DNA of 64,000 nt, taken from assembly GCA_051294905.1 (NCBI GenBank), contig CM119372.1, positions 32,490,001-32,554,000 on the forward strand, given 5' to 3'. Shown here one piece after another: positions 1 to 11,110 of the stretch. A model generated the notes under the pieces. It searched no databases and was not told where the DNA came from. It saw nothing but the letters and a program-made list of their open reading frames with translations. The position numbers were made by a program, and so were the translations under genes. This stretch comes from Botryllus schlosseri. Lineage: Eukaryota. Positions within the stretch are counted from its first letter, which is position 1, and every line of letters starts with the position of its first letter.

Positions 1-640
1 TCTACCACATCGTCTTCAGTGCAAACGTTAAAATATGGGGGGGGGGGGGGGCAAACCATGAAAACTTCCGAAATGAAGCGCTGGGAGAATAAAGTATATG
101 TACCACCGGAGTAAATACTTTCCAAGAACCATGTAGTACGAGCATACGGACGATGGCACCCGCTTTCGTCGACGTTTACGAAATGGAATGGCTGGAACCC
201 TTAAAATCGTCGTTGGTTCAACAGTTATAGCATGTATAGTAGTGGTGTTCATAATTTGGAAAATCTTACAAATCCTCCGTTGTAATGTCTTATTCGATAG
301 ATTATTGTTAAAAAAAAAACGACACTGAGCCTGAAAGAAGCTCACAGTAAGGCCGTTAAGATTGCGTGCAAAGCGTTTGAAAGTAGCTGACGAAGAATGG
401 GCGTGCAACCGACCATAGAACGGCGAGAAGACCAGTAATCACGAAACCACGGCTCTTGATTGGCTAATCGGCTATGCTTCAATGACCATGACAGTAGCAG
501 CTTGCTGAGTAGGTGATCAAGTACTGCGTTTCCATGCACGGCCGATGGGCCCATTTTCAAGAGACTCGGCCGACGAACGAGAGAAATTTGTTGCGCAAGC
601 ACACCCACGTCGGCCATCGAGTGAATACTTCGACTTAGCC

Positions 641-1545
641 CAGTGGTTCCCAACCTTTTTCGACTCATCGCCCCCTTTTCAAGCTCAACGCCGATCATCG
701 CCCCCCAGATTTTGTGAACCGAAAAATCGGTATACAATCCGTAGTCATCGGCGGCTTGACTAAAAAAAAGGTCAACTTTTCGTATCGTTGTCGAATTTTA
801 CACTTTTCCAACCAAATTTCCGTGGGTTGACCGAAAAAAAAGGTAGCTGTTTTAACAAGTTATCGCCCCCCTATCGCCCCCTTCGCTATTTTCGCCCCCT
901 TTGTCCATTTTCGCCCCCATATCGCCCCCTTCGTCATTTTCGCCCCCCCTAGGCCGCCAAATCGCCCCCTTGGGGGCTGAAACTGAAAGATCACACGATT
1001 TCAGATTGGTATTTCTTCACTGACATATAGTTTTCTTTCCTGCGGCATGGTATTTGTCTTGTGAGGTTTAGATTGCCAAGACAAGAACATTCGGCGCCAG
1101 TCATTTAGGCGCCTATATGGACAATTAAACCTATATGTATTTTGTATATATAACGAAGTTTTTGGTATTTCGAAGTTTTTGGTCAGCATTAAAGCAGTTC
1201 TTTACGGCCAAGGCTTTCTCTCAGCCGATCGTTCTGACACACTTCTTGGAGTCACATGTTACATGGCCTAAAACTTTATATGTTGGTGCGTTGTGGTGCG
1301 GTCATGGCCAACGCTGATAAGCCCATTTCTATAAATCTTGCGTATTTTTTCTTGGAGAAGAGTACCCGATATTCAAGATATAGTGGCGAATTGAAATCGC
1401 TCCTAGCGCGAAAATTTTTTGAAAAAGTTGCATAAATTTTCAAAAAACACTCTATAATTTATGCTAATTCACGAAATAATTTTGGGCCCCCATCGAGCTC
1501 GGCCCCCCTCAACTAGGGGGTTTGGGGTGCTGCAGTTACGGCAAT
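641..1545 (-). mobile_element. Truncated reverse copy of the CAGTGGTTCCCAAC hAT-MITE plus a fragment of the CAGGACCGTAAC element
   Basis: Starts with CAGTGGTTCCCAAC and has ATCGCCCCC subterminal repeats. About 985-1545 is reverse-complementary to 4021-4540. Confidence 0.7.
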
Positions 1546-1644
1546 GAATATAGGACTACCAATTATGCTGCTTTTAGTCGGCTAAAGCAGTATGCATCTC
1601 GGCGTATTCAACCGTGAGTCACGGGCTGTACATCTAGTTTATCA

Positions 1645-1880
1645 TAGGGTTACCATTCGTCCTCTTTTAAGATGATTTGTCCTCTTTTTTGATTTTTTTT
1701 AAAGTGTCCTCGGAGGACGCCCAAATGTCTTCTTTTTTTAGATTTTGTCTTCTTTTTTGAGGATTTTGGTTAGATATAGGGCCAAATTAGACTAATATAC
1801 ATTAAGTCAGCACTGTAGGAAGGCTACGGCGGCTATTTCGGGAGCTGGACCGGAAAATTGACATTTTTTTTCAGTCAACA
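1645..1880 (+). mobile_element. Truncated TAGGGTTACCAT MITE (hAT-Blackjack-like TIR)
   Basis: Same left end (tagggttaccat.cgtcctcttttaag) as copies at 11607 and 33780 and the reverse copy at 3092-3431. Confidence 0.65.
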
Positions 1881-3091
1881 ACCTGTTAATGTGAAAGAAA
1901 AACTGTATTTTCCTGGAGTTGAGCCTCTTTTTTTAGTCCAGCGACCACGAAGTGGGAAAAATTATCAATACCTATTTATATCTATAGCTACTGCTCGTTC
2001 AACTGGAAAGTTAGGGCACATTGCATTGAAACAGCAGTGGCTTAACGTTAGCAGTCTATACTCACAACTTTCCTGCAATTCTATAAATAGAAGCTACAGA
2101 GGCCAAGCAAAGCAAGAGTATTTTATAAATATAAATTTTAATTTTTGCCATAAATCGATTTCCCAATATATTTTGGGGGCCGCAAGAAGGCTATCTGGGG
2201 GCCGCACTTGGGAATCACTGTTCATGACCATTTTACATGCTGGATTGATTTAGGCCTCCGTGTTCAAGGTCAAAGCGGCGGGTTGTTTGATTGAATGACC
2301 GCTCCAAGCCGTCTCGGCTCACTCCTCCTGAGTCATTTTATCGCAATCTTGTGATTATTATGAAATTATTACTGAGTAAGTAAGCCAAAAACTTCATCGC
2401 GAACGCTTCGCCCATCTAGTTCGGCCAAGTCACGGTTGGGTTACGTCTGGTCAAGGAAACACGGCCGACATGTACAACGCATGCGTCATGGCCTTTCGAC
2501 CGACCGTCGGCCGAGCGTGGAAACGAAGTAATAGAGTCAGCTACTGGCGATGATTCTGAAAGCGCATTGTATGTAGGTTGACAGATAATGATTTAGGATT
2601 GATTAAGGGTATGTTGAGGTACGAAATACATTATGTACAAACAACAGCTGCTTCACAAAAACGTCTAAGCATGACCGCTTTATTGTGAAGGAAACCGCCG
2701 TAGCCTATATGCCTTGTTTTTAACGAGGGAAATCATAGGCGCTTATGCAAGTGGCGACGGATTTCTATAGTTTCAGAAAGAATATATCATTTTTGAATAC
2801 AAAGATGAAGCTTAACAATGACACTATAAGTTAGGTGATCTTATTGGGCTCAGGTTGTAGTACATAGTTGAAGTTTTGAATGCTCTAGCGATCGGCTGAA
2901 TCAGACGGTTAGGCTTGGCACTTATCAGATGTTTGCAGCAAATTGAATTCACTTGTAAATGTCTTCTAAGTCCCTAATGATGTCGCATAAACGAAGTTTA
3001 AATGCAAGCACAGACAGACCCTACTTGATATAATATACAAACTATGCTGGATACTATGCACTATGCAGCATTGTCTGTGCTTACCTTTACA

Positions 3092-3431
3092 TAGGCTTAC
3101 CATATTTTGGAAATCTAAAAAGAGGACACTTTTTCAGAAATTTGAGACTTGCAAAACCGGTCCGCTCAGAACTCAAAATACCGTTTTTCTCTCCACATTT
3201 CTTGGTGGATGACTAAAAAAAAAAAAACGTTTTTAACTCCGAAATACCCGCCGGACCGTCACGTCTGTGCTAATTTACGGCATATCACTCGCAATTTCCT
3301 CTAAATCTGACCTAAATTTTCAAAAAAGAGGACAAAATCCCAAAAAAGAGGACAAAGGGCCTCCGAGGACACTTTCAAAAAAGTCAAAAAAGAGGACAAA
3401 TCCTCTTAAAAGAGGACGTATGTTAACCCTA
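3092..3431 (-). mobile_element. TAGGGTTACCAT MITE (hAT-Blackjack-like), complete
   Basis: Ends TAGGCTTACCATA...TATGTTAACCCTA, flanked by a perfect 8-bp TSD CCTTTACA (3084-3091 / 3432-3439). Confidence 0.85.
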
Positions 3432-3841
3432 CCTTTACACCCATTTTCTGCGCGATTATTAAGGAATTTGACATATCATATCCATCATATTATGTGCTTA
3501 CTTTTAAACCTCTTTTCTGCGTCATCATCAAGAACTCTGACAGCACTTGCAAGTGAATACAGTTTGATGCAAGCATCTGACAAGTGTCAAGCATAACACG
3601 CTGATTCAGCCGACCGTTGGAGCTTTCAAAACTTCAACTATGTACTACAGCCTGAGCCCGATAAGATCACGCAAACTATAGTGTCATTGTTAAGCTTTAT
3701 CGTAGTATTCAGTAATGATATATTCTTTCTGAAACTAGGAATCCGTCACCACTTGCATAAGAGCCTATGCTTTCCCTCGTTGAAAACAAGGCATATAGGC
3801 TACGGCGATTTCCTTCACAATAAAGCAGTCATGCTCTAGAC

Positions 3842-5241
3842 CAGTGGTTCCCAACGTGGGCGATATCGCCCCCCAGGGGGCGATTTGGCGGTCTAGGGGG
3901 GCGAAAATAACGAAGGGGGCGATAGGGGGGCGAAAGCGGACGAAGGGGGCGATAGGGGGCGAAAACAACGAAGGGGCGATAGAGGGGGGCGATGGCCCGT
4001 TAAAACGGCTATATTGGAGTCAGGACCGTAACTGCCGTACCCCAAACCCCCATTTGGGGGCCGAACTCGAAGGGGGCCCAAAATTATTTCGTGAATTAAC
4101 ATAAATTATATAGAGTATTTTATTAGAAATTCAAGCAACCTTTTTTTAAAAAATTTCGTGCTGCGCGCGATTTAGTATTGTCATATATTTTGATTTTGGG
4201 GTACCCTTCCCCCAACAAAAATGCGCATGATTTATGGAAATGGAGACTTCGGCATCGGCCATTACTGCGCCACGACGCACCAATACATATGAAGTTATAG
4301 GCCATGTAACATGCAACTCCGAGAAGTGTGCCAGAACGATCAGCAGCGAGAAGACCTTGGACGAAAAGGAATCCCCTTGTGCTGACCGAAAACTTCGATA
4401 TACATATATGTTTAATTGTCCTTAGGCGCCTCAATGGCTGGCGTCGAATGTTCCTGTCCTGGCGATCTGAACCCGACAAGACAAATGCCACCCCGCAGGG
4501 AAAAATTATAAGCCACTAAAGAAATACCCATTTGAAACAATATGCGTCTTTTAGTTTGGTACGTTTTGGCGATATCCATATCTTTTGACATAGCAGATAT
4601 AGGAGGTAACGAAATAGCATCATGTAACGAAGTCAATATAACAAAGGGTCCACCCGAAGATGTTTAATTATTATTTAGGGTTCCTACCTTTTCCAACACA
4701 CCACACTCAGCTCTACCGATAAATCTGATTACGTGAGCAGAGAGAGGATAAAAAATTGACAGCAATATATATGCAATTCCCGACCATATTGACCGATTCA
4801 AACATGAATTATATAAATTTGTCGCGTTTCGCGCGTTTAGGCGAAGTACGTAGATTCACCAAACAGTACACGAATTAGGGTATAGCTGATATGTAACGAC
4901 AAAAAGCCCACTGGTTGAGGGGGGCTGGGTTTTGGTTTATCACCCTATCGGGGCCCAAGACCAACGTTTTTTTTGGGGGGGGGAGGGGGGCTAACGAAGT
5001 GCTGTTACGGTCCTGATGGGAGTCAAGTTGGAGCAATTACCTTTCTTTTAGTCAACTCACGAAAATTTAGCTGTAGAAGTGTAATTTCGAGGTCGAGCCG
5101 AAAAGTTGACTTTTTTTTATTAGTCAACTCGCCGGTGATCCCAGATTGTATGCCCATTTTTTGGATTAACAATTTGGGGGGCAATGATCGGCGTGGAGCT
5201 TCAAAAGGGGGTGATGAGACGAATAAGGTTGGGAACCACTG
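3842..5241 (+). mobile_element. hAT-type composite MITE (CAGTGGTTCCCAAC TIRs) carrying a nested element
   Basis: TIRs CAGTGGTTCCCAAC / GTTGGGAACCACTG; TSD CTCTAGAC/CTCTACAC. The empty site is visible in the opposite foldback arm (about 2645-2685). Confidence 0.85.
4021..5015 (+). mobile_element. Nested hAT-type non-autonomous element (CAGGACCGTAAC TIRs)
   Basis: CAGGACCGTAAC...GTTACGGTCCTG with TSD ATTGGAGT/ATGGGAGT. Internal sequence recurs at about 985-1545, 20505-21030, 26447-27350, 61280-61660 and 62955-63365. Confidence 0.75.
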
Positions 5242-5676
5242 CTCTACACGTTTTTATGAAGCAGCTGTTGTTTGTTCATCATGTATTTCGTACCTCAACA
5301 TACCCTTAATCAATCCTAAATCATTATCTGTCAACCTCCATGCAATGCGCTGTCAGAATCGTAGCCGGTGGCAGTCTTTTTTATCACCTAATTAGCAAGC
5401 TGCTGCTGTCGTGGTCATTGAAGCATAGCCGATTAGCCAATCAAGAGCCGTGGTTTCGTGATTACTAGTCTTCTCGCCGTTCTATGGTCGGTGGCACGCC
5501 CATTCTTCGGCAGCTACTTTCAAACGCTTTGCACGAAATCTTAACGGCCTTCCTGTGAGCTTCTTTCAGGCTCAGTGTCATTTTTAATCAATAATCTATA
5601 GAATAAGACATTACAACGGAGGATTTGTAAGATCTTCCAAAGTATGGACAACCCTAGCCTACTGTATAGTGTAGAG

Positions 5677-6420
5677 CAGTGGTTCCTAGCCTTTTTAAAT
5701 GTCGGAGCCGCATTTCAGACTCAGAACACATATGGAGCCCATGAAAACACTCGAGTAGGCTACTTATAACGAAAATTTAACGGTAGCATAGTCTACCAAT
5801 GGATCTCACCATCCAACTAATTCAGAAGCATGCACATAGACTCTATATATTCTATATCGGTAATTTTAGCATTGATAAAGGCAGATTGGCGAGAGCTATA
5901 CATTGAAATAAACCGAAAATGCACATCATTACTGCATCATACTTTTATGTCGTTATGTGATAGCTCCTCACCTCATACATCCTAGCACTCAATGCACAAG
6001 TTTGCGGGGGATTATACGCTGAATCGTATTGGACTTATTGCTATTTATACCTGACTATGAGCAGTTATTTTTATGTTAATAAAATTGTGTCGTAATTTAC
6101 TATTCACAGAGACGATAAATAAAGGTGTATGACTAGCAGAACTCAAGATGTATCCTTGTCTGGCGGGTATTCATCCATGCGTTGGACGCTAGTCTGCAGG
6201 AATTCTCTTTTTCGATTTTCAGAAGCTGCCTTGGACGGCTTCAGACATAACTAATATCCCGCATTTTAGCATTCATATACATAAATTGACTATTACTGTT
6301 CATAGAAACAAACAACAACTGTAGTCTTTTATATTTTTGTGGCATATTTGGAGGTCAATCAGAGCCGCAAGAAGGCTACCTCGGAGCCGCATGCGGCTGA
6401 GAGTCGCGGTTTGAAATCAC
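5677..6420. mobile_element. Degenerate hAT-type MITE (CAGTGGTTCC end, GAGCCGCA subterminal motifs)
   Basis: Left end CAGTGGTTCCTAGCC; right end gagccgcatgcggctgagagtcgcggtttgaaatcac. Confidence 0.55.
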
Positions 6421-6429
6421 CAATAAATC

Positions 6430-6770
6430 ATCAGTACGGAATGGAGTGATGATGATCGCCGATCGTAAAACTGCATAACGATGCAGTCCTGCTTAAAGAT
6501 AGTTTGGTCCGTTCATGTACTGAGAACTAACCTAGGCAGATTAGTTTTCTGCAGTTTATGAAAGGAGTCGGATGCCTTTTCCGTCAAGGGAGCCATATTG
6601 CCCTATAGGCCTATATTAAATTGCCAATATCACCGGAATGTGTCGTCACAATTTAAGACTCGTGACGCAGGGCATTAAAAACTACTAAAAAACAATGAAA
6701 ACATGTTTTAAACAAAGGCCATGATTTAAACATGTTTGTTTTAAATTTATTTTCGTTTTCAATGCAACCT
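6430..6770. mobile_element. Right part of a GGTTGCATTTAAAAC-TIR element (possibly Kolobok-like) whose left part lies at about 138-236
   Basis: 138-236 aligns to 16833-16930 and 6430-6770 aligns to 16941-17245. Ends ...aatgcaacc followed by TTAA. Confidence 0.55.
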
Positions 6771-9700
6771 TAATAAACTTACCTGGAATTCCGTAGGCTT
6801 CGATACCAAGATAGAAACACACCACAAGAATTATATGTAACATAGCTGAAATGTGGATTGGAAGAACTTGTTGGGGATACAGAACTTCAATATGCAATTG
6901 AAAAATATATTCATAATAAAATAAACCCGAATATTTCCACTGACACTCGTCAGCGGCAAGGGGAAAAATCGTTGTCATATAAAGGAGTCCTGAGCACAAC
7001 GTCATTAGATCTATATGGGTATTTCAAAGCTATGTGCAGTATAGACTCAATAATGCTGAGGACTCAATAATACAGATTGTCAGACTGCGTTGCTGTTAGC
7101 CGGTCATTATGTTTGCGTCTGGTCCATTGCTAGTGCTATTAGCCGGTTCAACTCCGAGAGGACTCTTCTCTTGCCAAAAAGGCGTATTGTAAATTGAATA
7201 CTGATGGGAGTGAGCCTATGATATGATATTATTATGATCTTGGTCACAGTTACGAAGCTGAATTCATTTCCACCTTCTGATATATACTAGGGATAGTGTG
7301 AACGTGAGGTTCACGTTCACAAACGAACCTCGGCAGGTTCTGTACTGTGAACATTTTTCATATATTACAATTTTGCACGTCCTTATAACATCTTTGGTTG
7401 GAATTCTTTGCATTTCAACTTCGGGCCACTCTTCGGATGGCGCTGGCAGCATAAAAAAATCAACACTAAACGAGCATGGACCTTGCCAATTTCAAAACTT
7501 TTACTCGCTTGTTACAAAAGTATGCTCGATATATCCAGCTTTTCGTTTATGAATATTTTGTGACTCTCTGCTGTGAGCTTGCCCGCAATCACATGACACC
7601 ATAAGAGCGAAATACACTAGGTAGTCAGCGAATGATGCATATTCAGCTAATCAATTAAATTAATCAAGAATACGCTTTCCAATGTAATAAAAAATCTAGC
7701 AGACGTATAGGGATCCATCTTGATTTTATATGTTTATTGCATCATAAAAACCAAATCAGTGCGTTTGGGGTGTTGGCTATGCTTGTTAATGGGGTAAAAT
7801 CGGAAGCAGGTATAAAAACATGTTTTACACTCTGCTTAATATGAATTTAGTAATAGTCTGCCAGAGGTCGAATACATTGTCCGATCAGTTTATATTTCCT
7901 TGCAAGTCCTCGTCGAAATTATTGCCAAAGCGACGGAAGATATTGATTTTATGGAATTATTATACCAACTGATTGCACCAGCAGTTGATACACTTGGTGA
8001 CGTTTAATAAGTTAGCCTGTACTTCAGCATTGTGGCATAATGTGGCATGAGTCGTCGCTTGGCATCGTGTGCATATATATGTATATATAACTTCACTGAA
8101 ATGTAGGGTTGGAAATAGCATTATGACGTCACGTGACGTCATAGGTTCGCGTTCACATAGAAACTTTCAAAATGGTGCGCGTTCACACGAACCTTAACCT
8201 TCTAGAGGTTCACACCATCCCTAATACATACTATCACGTATTTTATGTGAAATCTCAAACCAGCGATGGGCCGTCGAAAGTGGCCTGATAAGTACGACGT
8301 GCGGCGAACCCTGATCAAGAGCTGCTAATGAAAACAGTTGACTAGTGGAGAAACCGCGGAGAACGAAAAGATTGAATGTATAGTTCAACCATATAATATT
8401 GCGATTCATCGGACGCGCCTATGGTGGACTTATATTGATTCGACGAGATCATTATCTCATCTCATCCGCACGCACAGGTGCATTCGATTGTTCAGACTGA
8501 ATTTGTAGCGATGGATAAGACTAATGAGCACTCGTTCGCCTCTATCGATCTCCATATACAATTGCGTTTACCCAATCGCAATACATGAAGGAAATTCAAA
8601 TCTGTCGTCTCATATAGCCTTTATCTGCAATTTAATTGTTACGATATCATCTGTCATCCACTGATACGACACAAGAACTCTTTCTCAGTTAATGCTGTGA
8701 TGGAACGAACATCTCCAATTAGGTAATCGGCTGAAAGCAATATACATGCATGTAAATGCATGCATTGATGTGGTCATATTCCCCAGGAAATGACGATTAC
8801 AAATGAATCAACAGTATTTACGCCTCCAATCGCTCCTTCGAGATCCTCGTAACTCGGATATCATATGTAAACGAAGTGGGATTTAAATCCACCAGTCAAT
8901 GGCAATGCAATTTCCTTCGGAAAATCTCTATTGCATCGCTTTGTATATCTATCCTTCTTAAGCGATAGCATGCCTGCTTTGTGCAGTTCGAATCGATAGA
9001 ATTAATCCGTGAAGTCGGGAGAATAAGGCATTGGCGTTTGTATTACATGCAATCGATCCTAATTACGTTTCGTAAATTCAGAACCCGCAAGTGCCGTCAA
9101 ACGATAGTAATCAAATCATGATATGTAGCCAAGACGATGGTAGCCGCGTGATTGGCACGCACCAAACTCTAATTAGTACTTTAGTAATTTTTAAAACTGT
9201 GACTAGGTCAGTGTCATATCCATATTCATCATAGCATTGTCGCAGTTAACATCACTAGACAAACGCAATAATGATATTGTAGTTGATACAGTTTGCATTA
9301 TTTGAAATAACAATATATATAGCTAACCTTTTTTCTTATAATTTTGCATAAGATATTTCAAACTTCAGATCTTACCTGACTTTCCATTGCTAACTAGCTA
9401 GATTAAAATTAGTCTCCCGTTTGTTCATAGTGAATACGTAATGCGTGCTTGTAATTATCCAGGTTGCGTTCGTCAATACGCAAAAAAGAAGGCGATGACT
9501 GATACGTGGAGCCTTATGTTACCATTTCGAAATATATACGTATGTACGGCGTTTAAGTGACTAATGTGTTAATGAGGTATACGAAGAAGCCAGCTACAAG
9601 ATATAAAATCCGCGCCCTAGTCACACACTAGCAAGTGTAAAATATCGCAATAAACTCAGATAGACCAAATATCTCCACCTTGCACATAAACGTAATTTCC

Positions 9701-11110
9701 CAGTAGTATGTCAAATCTGCTAGACACAGTACAGCTACTTCACAAATTGATTAAAAATCGGCGTGAGATGCACCCACTTCAACAACTTTCGGGGCGATAA
9801 TTTGGCGTCAAGAATGCCGTTTCGCGCTGAATATCTTGTTTACGCTTGTTTTGAGTACACTGATTATGACCACGAGTGCTTTCGAAAGATATGACAACAA
9901 GGTAGAAGTAACGGGTCGAGCAATTTACAATCGGCAAAGTAAATAAAAGTTTTCTAAATTCTATGCGTCACACTTTCCCTCGTTGTCGAATTCGTCATAC
10001 TCTTTCGTGATGAGTTTTTGTTATTATATTAACCTTGACACAGAGGAATGATAAAACCCATACAAATCTATATTCCATTATATCGCAAGATCAACTGCAG
10101 AAATATGCATTAGGAATCGATTGATATATTGTATATGATATATGAATATACGACATCATGCACTACAGCGGAACTCTGATCACTTTTTACATTGCTCTCT
10201 GCAAACCCTAACTTTAAACCAGGCATAAACACTCACACAGCAAGCAATTACGACATCATACCCTTCAATCGTCAGAAGACCTAGGATTTTCACACCCGAA
10301 AATTATCATAATTGCACGTTTAAATTAAGTCAATAATGGTATTTCCGGCCACCCTTATTCGTGCGCCGCAGAAAACATTCGAATTGACCATTACCCTCGA
10401 TTCTTTGACTAATGCCAAACGGGCAGCTTACCATCAGACTTGTGATCATTTTAAACGAGCGATAGCGAACAATAGTGAAGCCATTTTCATGTGTGGTATA
10501 TTATAGCAAACTGAAGTTTATAATAATACTTTTTTTCATACGAGTTTTTTCAATCTGACTCTTATCAAGGAATATATCATCATCTAGAATACGCGGACTC
10601 GAACTACTTAGTTAAACATTGCCCTCACGAATAGCTTCTGCTGAAAACACGTTGTTCGATTTGTAACTGTATAGGGCCGATTCGAAATTTTAATACTTTG
10701 ACTTCAGCAAGTAAAGTCTTTTTTTCTGGGCGAGTTAATGCGAGTTTGAAGATAATATTACATTTTTATGAATTATGATAATGAAGTATAAATTCAAAAT
10801 TATGCAAAGGTACACCGAGGTTTTGTACCACCAATAGTCTCCATAATATCACAACCTTTTGCTGTCCTTTCAGACACCATTCCTGACTACTTTACATTGC
10901 TGAAATGTCCTTCAAAAATAAGCCTGCAATAAATCCATGACAATAACCTGTCTTTAGTCACTACAATACTCACAAACAAATACAAATTTCATCATTTGTC
11001 ATTATTATATATATATTTCATAAAACAATCGTCTTCCAAAGTATTTCAAATTTGATAGCAAATATAGTTGTTTCATCATCCATTTCTTTGTTTCGAGTCG
11101 ACATTTATTT

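Larger units (their letters stand above)
522..2530. mobile_element. TIR element nested in the left arm of the foldback; carries further MITE fragments
   Basis: Ends TACTGCGTTTCCATGCACGGCCGA / TCGGCCGAGCGTGGAAACGAAGTA are imperfect inverted repeats. The foldback arm resumes at 2531 and the right arm lacks this block. Confidence 0.6.
243..5655. mobile_element. Large foldback / long-TIR non-autonomous element with about 0.75-kb inverted arms, interrupted by nested insertions
   Basis: 256-520 is the reverse complement of about 5380-5640 (e.g. ttggaaaatcttacaaatcctccgttgtaatgtcttattc vs gaataagacattacaacggaggatttgtaagatcttccaa). 2531-2995 is the reverse complement of about 3505-3841 plus 5250-5380. 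Confidence 0.8.

Noticed and set aside
3765..4636. Short ORFs in the composite MITE (also 26170-27467)
   Set aside because: Frames are not preserved between copies and derive from GGGGGCGA repeats.
7264..7452. ORF ending ...LSLVYIRRWK, reminiscent of the gene C terminus
   Set aside because: No matching upstream exons or Gly/turn pattern found; likely chance.
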